Shown here one piece after another: positions 1-9,843 of a DNA stretch of 60,472 nt (its first letter is position 1; the number at the start of each line of letters is the position of its first letter). The position numbers and the translations under genes were made by a program. Location: the NCBI GenBank assembly GCA_017398655.1, contig JAFQFI010000008.1, positions 1 to 60,472 on the forward strand, in the 5' to 3' direction. Below the pieces are notes generated by a model. The model was not told where the DNA came from. It made no database searches and worked only from the letters and a program-made list of their open reading frames with translations. This stretch comes from Clostridia bacterium. GTDB lineage: Bacteria > Bacillota > Clostridia > Christensenellales > UBA1242.

Positions 1-60
1 CGTTTTGTTAAGTTTTTTTATATTTAAATTCTACTTTTTTTTAAATAATTAAAGTAAAAG

Positions 61-1323
61 TTAAACCAATCTTATTTTGTGTGCTTCAAGATAATATCTT
101 TTTTCTCTTGCCTCACCTATAGAAAAAGATTTTCTTGGTAATGCACCATATTTAATAATAAATTCAAATAACTGATTTTTATCAATTGTAGGCATAGTAA
201 TGCCAACAGAATTTAATTTTCTATCACATACTGCTTTAAGGTCTTCTTCTCCATGAATATAATCTACAGAAACCTCAAATTTTTTACTTACAACTTTATC
301 TATGTAATCTTGAACCATTTTTATTGCAAGTGGTGAATTATTTGGTAAGAAAAATTCAATTTCTTCATTATTAAAAAACATTTTATGTTTTGAATAAGTG
401 CTTGGATCAGCTTTTTTAGGGTTTACCTTAAATAATTTTTTAATACCTTTTACAAACTTTTTACCTGCATTAAAAACTACTCTATGAATTGGTTCAAACT
501 CAATGCCTTCATCATGAATATTTATTGCTTCAACCAATGCAAATCTTGCTGGGTGAGCAGATTGTTCATCTTCTGTTAAACCTGCTTTAATTCTGTTCCA
601 ATGTTCTTTTGCTGTTGCCAAACTATGGTTACCATCACCTACAGCAAATAAAAGTGGTTTGTTTGTATTAAAAGTTTTTTGTAAATATTCAGGGTCTAAA
701 AGTTCATCAAACTTTTTCATAACAGGTGCAACATCTTTAATTTTATAACCTGTTATCTGCCCACCTTCCATATTTAAATAAAAGTTATAAACTTGTTCAA
801 GTTGGTCTTTATTTTCAAATAAAGTTTCTGCAATTTTTAACTCTCTATCATCATACAAAAGCATAATGTGAGGAAGTTCAAAAATAGCATCTTTTCTTAT
901 TTCTACTCTTGGTGGAATTCTATCTATAATAGTTCCTTCTGTAGCTTTTATTAAAGCTGGTTCATCTGCCTTAAAAGTATATTCTTCTAAATCTACACAC
1001 ATAACAATACCAAGGCGTTGTTTATGTTGTTTTGTAGACCTATTAACCAAAATCATACAAGGGCCTTCGTCTACCATCAAATTGCTTTGATAATATGCCA
1101 CCATATTTTGATTAATTTCTTTAATTTTTTCTTCGTTATTTTTACTTAAATAAATTTCAGGAAAAATTAAACTAAGTGCTGTTGGGCTACCACTTGTATA
1201 ATTTTTTACAGTTTCCCAATACTCTTCATCACTTGTAAATTGGTCGCAAGCAATAACAGCCCATTTTGAATAATCAAGATTTCTGTTTGGCAAATAAATG
1301 TGTTGATTTTTAATAACTGACAT
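61..1323 (-). CDS. DUF1015-family protein (uncharacterised conserved)
   Basis: 420-aa ORF, ATG with AAGGA SD upstream. The GDGNHS motif and overall size resemble the DUF1015 family. Recognised from memory only. Confidence 0.5.
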   Translation of the reverse strand: MSVIKNQHIYLPNRNLDYSKWAVIACDQFTSDEEYWETVKNYTSGSPTALSLIFPEIYLSKNNEEKIKEINQNMVAYYQSNLMVDEGPCMILVNRSTKQHKQRLGIVMCVDLEEYTFKADEPALIKATEGTIIDRIPPRVEIRKDAIFELPHIMLLYDDRELKIAETLFENKDQLEQVYNFYLNMEGGQITGYKIKDVAPVMKKFDELLDPEYLQKTFNTNKPLLFAVGDGNHSLATAKEHWNRIKAGLTEDEQSAHPARFALVEAINIHDEGIEFEPIHRVVFNAGKKFVKGIKKLFKVNPKKADPSTYSKHKMFFNNEEIEFFLPNNSPLAIKMVQDYIDKVVSKKFEVSVDYIHGEEDLKAVCDRKLNSVGITMPTIDKNQLFEFIIKYGALPRKSFSIGEAREKRYYLEAHKIRLV

Positions 1324-1351
1324 AATAATTTTTCCTTTATTTTATTTAACC

Positions 1352-2689
1352 TTACTCACTAATAATTGTAAGTTCAACTTCTCTTATTCTGCGTTTTTCT
1401 ACGCGAGTAAGTTTAAAGTTCATTGTAATTTTCTTTTCTATAAATTTACTATCTTCATCAATAACTTCGTCTACCGTTTTATAAGAAATTATACTTTCTT
1501 GTTGTGGTATTTTTTTACTTATTTCACATAAGAAAGATGCAATACTTGCATACATATTTTCTGGCATTCTTTCAATTTCTAAATAATCAAACAATTCTTC
1601 AACACTAAGTTCTGCATTTACTAAATATTTATTTTCTTCAATTTTAGAAATTGTTGTTACAATACCATCGTCATGTTCGTCATAAACTTCACCAAAAACT
1701 TCTTCAAAGCAATCTTCCATTGTAACAACACCACTTGTACCACCGTACTCATCACTAACAATAACCATATGCTTTTTTTCTTTTTGCATAAGACGCATTA
1801 CACTATTAACTTTTGTACCTTTTGTTACAAAAAGTGCTGGTGTTATCATTGTTTTAATATCAATTTTTTCTTTGCCAATTATAGCAGAGAAAAAATCTTT
1901 TTGATTTAAAATACCAATAATATTATCTTTGCTTTTTTCATAAACTGGCAACCTTGAAAATTGATTTTTTAAGAAAACTTCTTTAATTTCGTCAACAGTA
2001 CTATTTACATTAACACATACAACATCTACACGAGGTGTCATAATATCTTTAACAGAAACATCATTAAATTTTAAGGCACCAAAAATAATATCGGCGTTTT
2101 GTTCGTCGATAACACCTTCATCTTCCATTGTTTCTACAATAGTTTCAAGTTCATCTTCTGTAATAGTTGGTTTTTGACTTTGCTCTGTTTTGCTTTTTAA
2201 TGATTTTTGAATTAAATTAAATGGCACACATACTATGTATAAAACTTTCATAACAACATACAATGTTGGAGCCAATTTTAAAGCAGTTTTTTCTGGGTCT
2301 ATTTTTGTTATTGCTTTTGGCAAGATTTCGCCAAAAATTAAAATAACAATTGTCATAATAACTGTGTTTACAATGTTGTAAAGTACAGGGTTAAAAATAA
2401 CCTTTGCAAATAAATAGCCACAAAGGGTTGTGCTTAAAATATTAACAAAATTATTGCCAACTAAAATGGTTGATAGAGCTTTATCAAAATGTTCTTGTAT
2501 ATATAAAGCTTTTCTTGCACCTTTGGTATTTTCTTCTGCAAAATTTCTAATACGAATATTACTTGAAGATGAAAATGCAATCTCACTTGCTGAGAAGAAA
2601 GCTGAAAATATTAAAAGTAATAAAATTCCTACAATAGTTAAAATGTTTGATACAGTAAAAAATTGAGCCGACAATAAAAGTGAATTCAT
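1352..2689 (-). CDS. CNNM/DUF21-CBS-CorC_HlyC family membrane protein (hemolysin/Mg-Co efflux-like)
   Basis: 445 aa. N-terminal multi-TM region, a central CBS-pair-like region (DIMTPR...), and a C-terminal CorC/HlyC-like domain. Confidence 0.8.
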   Translation of the reverse strand: MNSLLLSAQFFTVSNILTIVGILLLLIFSAFFSASEIAFSSSSNIRIRNFAEENTKGARKALYIQEHFDKALSTILVGNNFVNILSTTLCGYLFAKVIFNPVLYNIVNTVIMTIVILIFGEILPKAITKIDPEKTALKLAPTLYVVMKVLYIVCVPFNLIQKSLKSKTEQSQKPTITEDELETIVETMEDEGVIDEQNADIIFGALKFNDVSVKDIMTPRVDVVCVNVNSTVDEIKEVFLKNQFSRLPVYEKSKDNIIGILNQKDFFSAIIGKEKIDIKTMITPALFVTKGTKVNSVMRLMQKEKKHMVIVSDEYGGTSGVVTMEDCFEEVFGEVYDEHDDGIVTTISKIEENKYLVNAELSVEELFDYLEIERMPENMYASIASFLCEISKKIPQQESIISYKTVDEVIDEDSKFIEKKITMNFKLTRVEKRRIREVELTIISE

Positions 2690-2876
2690 AATAAAATATA
2701 ATTTCTCCTTATATATTTATATCATAACAAAAAAAAATTGTTAAACGATTGACTTATATTTCTTGCAATTAAAAAAACAAATAATTTTTAATTAAAATAA
2801 AAACTACTTTTTACTTTGAAAAAAAAGTTTAATTTGATATGATTTATTCAGTGTAAAAAAAAAGGGATTTACATAT

Positions 2877-3731
2877 ATGGAAAATAATAAAGAAAATAAT
2901 CAATATAAAATTTCTGTTGTAATGAGTGTATATAAAAATGACTTAGCAAAAAACTTTAAAATTGCAGTTGATAGCATTTTACAGCAAACCTATAAACCAA
3001 GTGAAATTGTTTTAATTATTGATGGTCCTGTACCAGAAGATACAGAAAAGCTTTTAAGCGTTTATGAAAAAGATAAAATGTTTAATGTAATAAGATTTGA
3101 ACAAAACAAAGGTTTAGGCACTGCCCTTCAAGTTGGTGTTGAAAATGCAAAATATCCAATTATTGCAAGAATGGATAGTGACGACATCTCTTACCCAGAA
3201 AGATTTGAAAAGCAAATAAATTATTTAAAAGAGCACCCAGAAATAGATGCTGTTGGAACCTATGGTATTGAATTTTTGGACGAACCTGAAAACACCTTTG
3301 CTATAAAAGAAGTTCCTGTTACAGACCAAGAAATAAAACAATATATGAAAAAACGCAATCCATTTAACCACATGACAATGACAATGAAAAAAGATAAAGT
3401 TATGCAAAGTGGAAACTATCAAGATTGGTATTATGCTGAAGATTATTATATGTGGTTAAGATTATATCTAAACGGAGCAAATTTTTATAACATACCAGAA
3501 GTTTTAGCAAAAATAAGAATTAACGAAGATACCTTTGGTAGAAGGCATGGTATGAAATATTTTAAAAGCATAAAAAATCTTTTTAAATTTATGCGTAAAA
3601 ACAAAATTATTGGCTTTTTTAGCTATGTTAAAAATATTTTTATTAGATTTGCAGGTCATGTTTTAATACCAAGAAAAATGAAGAAAAAAATGTATTCTAA
3701 ATTTTTAAGAAATAAGGTAAAAGAAAAATAA
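2877..3731 (+). CDS. family 2 glycosyltransferase
   Basis: 284 aa. The N-terminus (ISVVMSVYKND...) and the ARMDSDDIS (DxD) motif are typical of GT2. Confidence 0.8.
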   Translation: MENNKENNQYKISVVMSVYKNDLAKNFKIAVDSILQQTYKPSEIVLIIDGPVPEDTEKLLSVYEKDKMFNVIRFEQNKGLGTALQVGVENAKYPIIARMDSDDISYPERFEKQINYLKEHPEIDAVGTYGIEFLDEPENTFAIKEVPVTDQEIKQYMKKRNPFNHMTMTMKKDKVMQSGNYQDWYYAEDYYMWLRLYLNGANFYNIPEVLAKIRINEDTFGRRHGMKYFKSIKNLFKFMRKNKIIGFFSYVKNIFIRFAGHVLIPRKMKKKMYSKFLRNKVKEK

Positions 3732-3761
3732 TATATTTATTTAAAATAAAGAAATATAAGC

Positions 3762-3792
3762 AAAAAAGCACTGAGTTATCAGTGCTTTTTTA
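3762..3792. terminator. bidirectional rho-independent terminator
   Basis: Hairpin AGCACTGA-GTTA-TCAGTGCT, flanked by an A-run on one side and a T-run on the other, between convergent genes. Confidence 0.7.
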
Positions 3793-3840
3793 TTTGTTTT
3801 TTTATTTAATTTTTATTTAAAAAAATAATTTTTATAAAAT

Positions 3841-4959
3841 TTATTTTAACAAATTAACATAAATATTTTCTAAATTTTTTATTTGTTTTTTAATATCGTA
3901 TTTTTCTGTATTTAATTGTATTTTTTTAGGGTATTCTGCATTTAAAATTTCATTTGCCCAATATTCAGCTGTTTTGCTAAGAGGTAAATAAGTAATTAAG
4001 TTTGAAATATTACTTTCTTCTGGGCAAACACTTGAAGCAAAGCATAAAGTTTTTGATGTTTGTGCTTCAATTAAAACAATACCTAAACCTTCTTCAATTG
4101 AAGGGAAAATAAGGGCATGAGAAATATTAAGCAACACATCAACATCTTCTCTTGAACCCAAAAATCTTACTTTTTGAGTGAGCCCCAAACTATCTATTTT
4201 TCTTTGCAAAGTTAAAATGCTTTCTTCCGAACCACCACCTATAAATAATAAAATTGAGTTTGGTTCTTTTTTAACAATTTCATTAAAAATATCAATAACA
4301 AAAGGTTGATTTTTTTGTTTGCAAATTCTACCTATATGACAATAAACTTTTTCGTTGGTTAAACCTAAATTTTCTCTAAGTTTATCTGTTTTTTCATTTT
4401 CTTGTTTTTTATACTTTTCAAGATTAATAGCATTGTATAAAATTTCACCTGACTTTATAAAATGTTTACCAAAAAATTTTTTACCTGCCATTTTTGAACA
4501 TGCCAAAAGTTTATCTACACCTTTATTAACACCACAAAGCATAAAGCGTGTTCTTACACTTTTAATAAGATAGTGAGATAATTTTGAGCTATGTGAACTT
4601 AAAACCAACTTTATGTTTCTGTTTTGTTCTTTTTCTACTTTAGCAATTGCCTTTTTAACAAAGAAATGCAAAATAGGCATATGCAAATGTATAATTTGAC
4701 AATTTGATTTAATTATAATTTGTTTTAGTTGTTCAATAACTTTTTTTGCATTTGTTAGTTTTAATTTATCAAACTTATATAAATCAACTTTTTTTGATGT
4801 AAAATATTCAGACAAATTAAACTTAACATCTAAAAAATAAGCAATATCAAATGCAAATTTATCTGTGTTTAATTCTTCTAAATAATTTTTTACAACTGCA
4901 GTAATGCCACCAGAAGAGTTTAAACTTGATACTATATGTAGTACTTTAATTTTTTCCAT
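3841..4959 (-). CDS. family 1/4 glycosyltransferase
   Basis: 372 aa. The C-terminal EEGLGIVLIEAQ motif is typical of the GT1/GT4 fold. Confidence 0.8.
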   Translation of the reverse strand: MEKIKVLHIVSSLNSSGGITAVVKNYLEELNTDKFAFDIAYFLDVKFNLSEYFTSKKVDLYKFDKLKLTNAKKVIEQLKQIIIKSNCQIIHLHMPILHFFVKKAIAKVEKEQNRNIKLVLSSHSSKLSHYLIKSVRTRFMLCGVNKGVDKLLACSKMAGKKFFGKHFIKSGEILYNAINLEKYKKQENEKTDKLRENLGLTNEKVYCHIGRICKQKNQPFVIDIFNEIVKKEPNSILLFIGGGSEESILTLQRKIDSLGLTQKVRFLGSREDVDVLLNISHALIFPSIEEGLGIVLIEAQTSKTLCFASSVCPEESNISNLITYLPLSKTAEYWANEILNAEYPKKIQLNTEKYDIKKQIKNLENIYVNLLK

Positions 4960-4973
4960 AAATAAAACCTTTT

Positions 4974-5414
4974 TTACTTATTAATACCTGTAGACCCAAA
5001 ACCACCATCACCCCTGTTTGTTTGTGACATTTCACACACAACTTGTGTTTTAAGGTGTTCTACTTTATTTATTACCATCTGAGCAATTTTTTGATATTTT
5101 TCAACTTTGTAATCAACATCTGAAACATTCATTAAAATAACGCCCACTTCTCCACGATAATTTTCGTCAATTGTTCCCGGACTATTTAAAACAATTAAAC
5201 CACTTTTTAATGTTAAACCACTTTTACTTCTTACTTGTGCTTCATAGTTGTGTGGTAATTCCATACTAAAACCCGTTTTTACAAGTGCCCATGTTTTTGC
5301 TGGAATTATCTTTTCTTCATTACTAAAAATATCCATACCGGCATCTTCTGGGTGAGCGTAACTTGGAAGCATAGCAGATTCATCTTCTTTTTTAAACTTT
5401 AAAACAAGTTCCAT
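4974..5414 (-). CDS. dut: dUTP diphosphatase
   Basis: 146 aa. Motifs AGMDI, NSPGTIDENYRGE and C-terminal GGFGSTG match trimeric dUTPase. Confidence 0.9.
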   Translation of the reverse strand: MELVLKFKKEDESAMLPSYAHPEDAGMDIFSNEEKIIPAKTWALVKTGFSMELPHNYEAQVRSKSGLTLKSGLIVLNSPGTIDENYRGEVGVILMNVSDVDYKVEKYQKIAQMVINKVEHLKTQVVCEMSQTNRGDGGFGSTGINK

Positions 5415-5445
5415 TTTTGTTATCCTTTGTTTTTACTTTTATAAC

Positions 5446-6837
5446 TTAAATATTTTCTACAATATCAATTGTTTCTTTTAACAATTTTTCGAGGTCTTTT
5501 TGTGAATTTTCTTCTATAACAAGACGGATTAAATTTTCTGTGCCACTAAACCTTATTAAAAGCCAAGTGCCGTCTTCAAAAATATATTTAAAGCCATCAA
5601 GAGTGCCTTTGTTTACTACTTTTTTAGTAAATTTTGGTGTATTTTTTTGTAAATAATTTATAATACCCTCTTTATTATCTATTTTGAAAGAGTATTCTAT
5701 GTATGCCATATCATAATTAGCAAATTTTTTAACATCATCAAAAATTTGACTAAGTGGTTTTTTATAAAACTCAATAATTTCAAGAAGCAAAGCAAAAACA
5801 ACTAAGCCATCTTTAACATAAACATGACCTTTTACTTCACTACCACTATTTTCTGCACCAATTAAAGCATCATTTTCTATTAAAGCTTCTGTTACATATT
5901 TAAAGCCAACTTTTGTTTCTACAACATTTGTGCCAAACTTATCTGCAATTTTATCTACTATTGTAGAAAAGGAATAATTTTTAACAAAAGCCCCATTTAA
6001 ACCTTTTTCTTTTAGCATAAAGTAATAAATAAGAGCGTTTAGTTCGTTTCCATTATAAAATTTACCATTTTCATCAAAAACAGCAATTCTATCACCATCG
6101 CCATCTGTTGCAAAAGCAAATTCATATTTGTTTTTTAATGCATATTCTTTGTATTCTTGCAAATTTTCTTCTGTAGGTATTGGACCACCAAGATTAAACA
6201 ATGCATCACGATTTGTGTTAACAATATCTAAATTTTTTAAATTGAGTTGTTTTTTAAGTTCCATTACTGCATTTAATGAAGAACCATTCATTACATTATA
6301 GATTGCTTTAGCTTCAAAGTTGTCTTTAAATTTAAGAAGAGAAATAATATTATCTACAAAGTTTTTAGTATATTCAACTTTTTCAACCATATTTTTTTCT
6401 ATTGCTTCTTTAAAATTAACAGTTTTAATTTCCTTTATTGTTTCCGGTTCAGAATTAAAAATATCTTCCATACGCTTATCAACTTCTCTACCAAGTTTAG
6501 AAAATATTTTTAAACCATTATAAAAATATGGGTTGTGGCTTGCTGTTATCATAATGCCAAAATCTAAATTTAATTTTTTTGTCATAAAACTAACAAGTGG
6601 TGTTGGAACAGAAGTGTTAGTTAATTGAACTTTTACATTATTGCCTACTAAAACTTCTGCAATCCACTCTGCATAAACCTCAGACATAAATCTGTTATCA
6701 TAGCCAATTAAAACTTCTCTTTTTAAGTTTTCTCTATCAATAATGTTACACATACATTGAATAATTTTTGTAACACTCTCTTTTGTAAATTCGTCACCAA
6801 TTATACCTCTAAAACCAGCTGTTCCAATTTTCATCAT
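5446..6837 (-). CDS. phosphoglucomutase/phosphomannomutase family protein
   Basis: 463 aa. Active-site TASHNP and the metal loop DGDGDR are present. Confidence 0.85.
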   Translation of the reverse strand: MMKIGTAGFRGIIGDEFTKESVTKIIQCMCNIIDRENLKREVLIGYDNRFMSEVYAEWIAEVLVGNNVKVQLTNTSVPTPLVSFMTKKLNLDFGIMITASHNPYFYNGLKIFSKLGREVDKRMEDIFNSEPETIKEIKTVNFKEAIEKNMVEKVEYTKNFVDNIISLLKFKDNFEAKAIYNVMNGSSLNAVMELKKQLNLKNLDIVNTNRDALFNLGGPIPTEENLQEYKEYALKNKYEFAFATDGDGDRIAVFDENGKFYNGNELNALIYYFMLKEKGLNGAFVKNYSFSTIVDKIADKFGTNVVETKVGFKYVTEALIENDALIGAENSGSEVKGHVYVKDGLVVFALLLEIIEFYKKPLSQIFDDVKKFANYDMAYIEYSFKIDNKEGIINYLQKNTPKFTKKVVNKGTLDGFKYIFEDGTWLLIRFSGTENLIRLVIEENSQKDLEKLLKETIDIVENI

Positions 6838-7026
6838 AATTTTAAAATCCTTTTTAAAAAATTTAAGTTTGCTTTATTATACTTTTTTTGTTTAATAAGA
6901 GCAAAAGTTTTTAAGTATTTTTACTTACAACAATTTAAAAATATTGTAAAATGCCTTATTTTTATTGATTAATAAAAAAATTTTTTATATACTAATATCA
7001 AGAATTTTTAAAAAGGAAGGGTAAAA

Positions 7027-7455
7027 ATGGATTTATATCAAATTTTTTGTTTAATTTTACTTGGTGTAGTAGTTTTAATGGGTATTGTTTTCTTTTTTGT
7101 TAACAGAAAATACACAAAACTTCTTAAAGCTATGAGCGAAAGAGAAGTTGATGATGTAAACATCAAAAAAGGTGTTAGATACACCGTTGACCAAACTGTT
7201 GTTGATGAAAATGGAGAAATGAATGTTTCTTTCTCACAAGGAGATGTTGTTTTACAACAAAATCAAACAGAAGTTGTAGGTGTTAAAAACAAAGTTAAAC
7301 CGGGTAAATATACAATGCTTTCTGCAAAAGATGAAGATGAAACTTTTAATCTTAGAGTTGGTGCTTATGTAAAAGAATATAAACACAACCAAAAAATTGT
7401 TTTAGCAGAAGGTCAAGAAATTACTGCCGTAAACTGCACAGTAATTCTTAGATAG
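7027..7455 (+). CDS. hypothetical membrane-anchored protein
   Basis: 142 aa with strong SD (AAGGAAGGG). One N-terminal TM helix followed by a soluble domain. First gene of the SPFH cluster. Confidence 0.6.
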   Translation: MDLYQIFCLILLGVVVLMGIVFFFVNRKYTKLLKAMSEREVDDVNIKKGVRYTVDQTVVDENGEMNVSFSQGDVVLQQNQTEVVGVKNKVKPGKYTMLSAKDEDETFNLRVGAYVKEYKHNQKIVLAEGQEITAVNCTVILR

Positions 7456-7494
7456 TATTAAAAATATCATATTAACAAGAGGTAAAAATAAATT

Positions 7495-8547
7495 ATGGGA
7501 CTTTTTAAATTTTTAAAATCACAATTACTTAAAAGTATTGATTGGACTGATGCTTCTTCCAACACAATGGTTTACAAATACCCTATGGACGGCAGAGAAA
7601 TTATGATTGGCTCTAAACTTACTGTTAGAGAAAGTCAAGTTGCTGTATTTATGGTTAAAGGTAAAATTGCAGATGTTTTCCAACCGGGTATTCATACATT
7701 GGTTGTAAACAACATTCCAATTCTTTCATCACTTTTATCAATTGGCAGAGATAAAAAAGCTTTTACAGCTGATGTATTTTTTGTAAATACAAAACAATTT
7801 ACAAATCAAAAATGGGGTACTACTAACCCAATTACAATGAGAGATAAAGATTTTGGTTCTATCAGAATTAGAGGTTATGGTAGTTTTGCTTTTAAGGTTG
7901 GCGATGCTGCTGTTTTCCTAAAAGAAGTTTTTGGTACAAACCAAACTTATACAAGTGAAAGTGTTGCAAATTATTTAAAATCAATTTTAGTTTCAGGCAT
8001 TTCTGATACTATTGCAGAATCAAAAATTGGTGCACTTGACCTTGCAAGCAACTTAATGGAATTTAGTAAAGTTGTTAAGGAGCAAGTTGGCGAACAATTT
8101 ACCAACCTTGGTTTAACTTTATCTAACTTGGTTATTGAAAATATTTCTTTCCCAGAACAAGTTGAAAAAGCAATTGATACTCAATCTTCAATGGGCGTAC
8201 TTAAAAATAGTATGGATACATACACAAAATTCAAAGCTGCAGAAGCTATTGGTGACGCTGCTAAAAATCCGGGTATGGCTGGTTTAGGTAGCCAAATTGG
8301 TACAGGTATGGCTCTTGGCGAAATTGTTAAAGAATCAATTAAAGGTACAACAAAAACAGAAGATGCAAGCAAACCTGCTGCTGCAGAAAGATTCTGCCCA
8401 GAATGTGGTGCTAAAAACTCTGCAAAAGCAAAATTCTGCTGCGAATGTGGCAAAAAATTTAATGCAGGCAATGTTTGCCCAGAATGTGGAGAAAAAGTTA
8501 ATCCAAATTCAAAATTCTGTGCTAACTGTGGACACAAATTAAAATAA
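7495..8547 (+). CDS. SPFH/band-7 domain protein with C-terminal double zinc ribbon (YdjI/COG4260-like)
   Basis: 350 aa. The tail carries three CPECG/CCECG/CANCG CxxC pairs, and the body resembles the YdjI-type SPFH family. Confidence 0.7.
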   Translation: MGLFKFLKSQLLKSIDWTDASSNTMVYKYPMDGREIMIGSKLTVRESQVAVFMVKGKIADVFQPGIHTLVVNNIPILSSLLSIGRDKKAFTADVFFVNTKQFTNQKWGTTNPITMRDKDFGSIRIRGYGSFAFKVGDAAVFLKEVFGTNQTYTSESVANYLKSILVSGISDTIAESKIGALDLASNLMEFSKVVKEQVGEQFTNLGLTLSNLVIENISFPEQVEKAIDTQSSMGVLKNSMDTYTKFKAAEAIGDAAKNPGMAGLGSQIGTGMALGEIVKESIKGTTKTEDASKPAAAERFCPECGAKNSAKAKFCCECGKKFNAGNVCPECGEKVNPNSKFCANCGHKLK

Positions 8548-8562
8548 TAAAAATTAAAAAAT

Positions 8563-8597
8563 AAAAAAGAGATTGATTTTTTCAATCTCTTTTTTTT
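8563..8597 (+). terminator. rho-independent terminator
   Basis: Hairpin AGAGATTGA-N5-TCAATCTCT followed by a T-run. Confidence 0.7.
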
Positions 8598-8707
8598 AAC
8601 AATAAAAAGTTTTTAAAATGAAATTTAATAAAAAATACAAAAAACGATAGTCAATTTTATGTTTTTTTTGTTATTATTAAATATAGTAAAATTATTTGAG
8701 GTTAAAA

Positions 8708-9736
8708 ATGGATATTGTAAAAAACAAATGTAAAAATTGTGGTGGCGAATTAATTTATGATGCAGAAAGCCAAGAATTAAAATGTATACAATGTGATAGT
8801 ATTGTAGATATTCCAGAACAAAATACAACTATACAAAAAAAACAATACCATAAAGATAGTACAATTCAACTTAGTGAAACAGAATATACACAATATACTT
8901 GTGGTACTTGTGGAAGAAGACATATTGCACCTAAAAATCAAGATATTGTTAACTGCCCAACTTGTGGAGATAGTAATTTAGAAAAAAACATAACTGTTGA
9001 GTATCTTCCTGACGGAATTATTCCTTTTAAATTAAATCAAGAAAAAGCCCTATTGTGTTTTAAAGATTGGCTTAAGAAAAGAAAATTTGCACCAAACAAC
9101 CTTAAAAAACTTGCAAAAACTCAATCTTTAAAAGGTATTTACTTACCTATTTATGATTATGATTTTGATACATCTACAACTTATTCTGGCGTAGGTATTA
9201 ACGAATATAAAGATAGTGACGGAAAAAGACACACTTCAAGACACCCTTTTAGAGGCAATAGAAATGATTTCTTTGAAGATTATGTAGAATCTGCAAATAC
9301 AGAAATCAATTCTCCAGATTTAAGAGATATGGCAAACTATAATTACAAAAATATTTATGTTTATAGACCAGAATTTTTATATGGTTGGATTGGCTCTAAT
9401 ATAAACATTTCACTTCACGATAGTTGTGTACGAGCAAGAAACGCAGTTGCAAATAAAATTTCAAGCGATATTAAAAATAGTATGCATTATGATAGAATTG
9501 AAAACTTTGTTTGCAACACTACTTTCAATGCTATTAAATACAGTTATTTATACATACCTGTTTGGATTAATCACTATAAATATAAAGATAAAAATTATAA
9601 CTGCTATATAAATGGTATAACAGGTAAAGTAAGTGGCAAAGCACCAAAATCTTTCTGGAAAATATTCTTTACTACAATTGCAGTTATCGCTGTTATTGGT
9701 GCCATTGTATTTCTTGCTTATAAATACTCTGCTTAA
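8708..9736 (+). CDS. zinc-ribbon protein with C-terminal TM anchor (YdjG-like), paralogue 1
   Basis: ATG at 8708 with GAGG SD; the ORF-track start at 8696 is a TTG. Has CKNCGG...CIQCD and CGTCG...CPTCG ribbons and a C-terminal TM helix. Collinear with the next gene. Confidence 0.65.
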   Translation: MDIVKNKCKNCGGELIYDAESQELKCIQCDSIVDIPEQNTTIQKKQYHKDSTIQLSETEYTQYTCGTCGRRHIAPKNQDIVNCPTCGDSNLEKNITVEYLPDGIIPFKLNQEKALLCFKDWLKKRKFAPNNLKKLAKTQSLKGIYLPIYDYDFDTSTTYSGVGINEYKDSDGKRHTSRHPFRGNRNDFFEDYVESANTEINSPDLRDMANYNYKNIYVYRPEFLYGWIGSNINISLHDSCVRARNAVANKISSDIKNSMHYDRIENFVCNTTFNAIKYSYLYIPVWINHYKYKDKNYNCYINGITGKVSGKAPKSFWKIFFTTIAVIAVIGAIVFLAYKYSA

Positions 9737-9843
9737 AACAAAATAATAAAAGAGAAAATTTATATTGATTTCTCTTTTTTATTAGGATATTTCTTTGTTT
9801 TAATGTAAAATTTAATTGAATAAATTATTTTATGGAGTTTTAT

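Noticed and set aside
1673-6972. Several 60-90-aa ORFs from the track (1673-1909, 2430-2666, 3225-3422, 4355-4573, 6320-6523, 6757-6972)
   Set aside because: All are embedded antisense in, or overlapping, longer motif-supported genes. This is typical of random ORFs in AT-rich DNA.
8181-8585. 134-aa antisense ORF and the 81-aa alternative-frame ORF (8297-8542) over the zinc-ribbon tail of the SPFH gene
   Set aside because: They are shadow ORFs inside a well-supported CDS. They have no SD and a repetitive composition mirroring the CxxC-coding strand.
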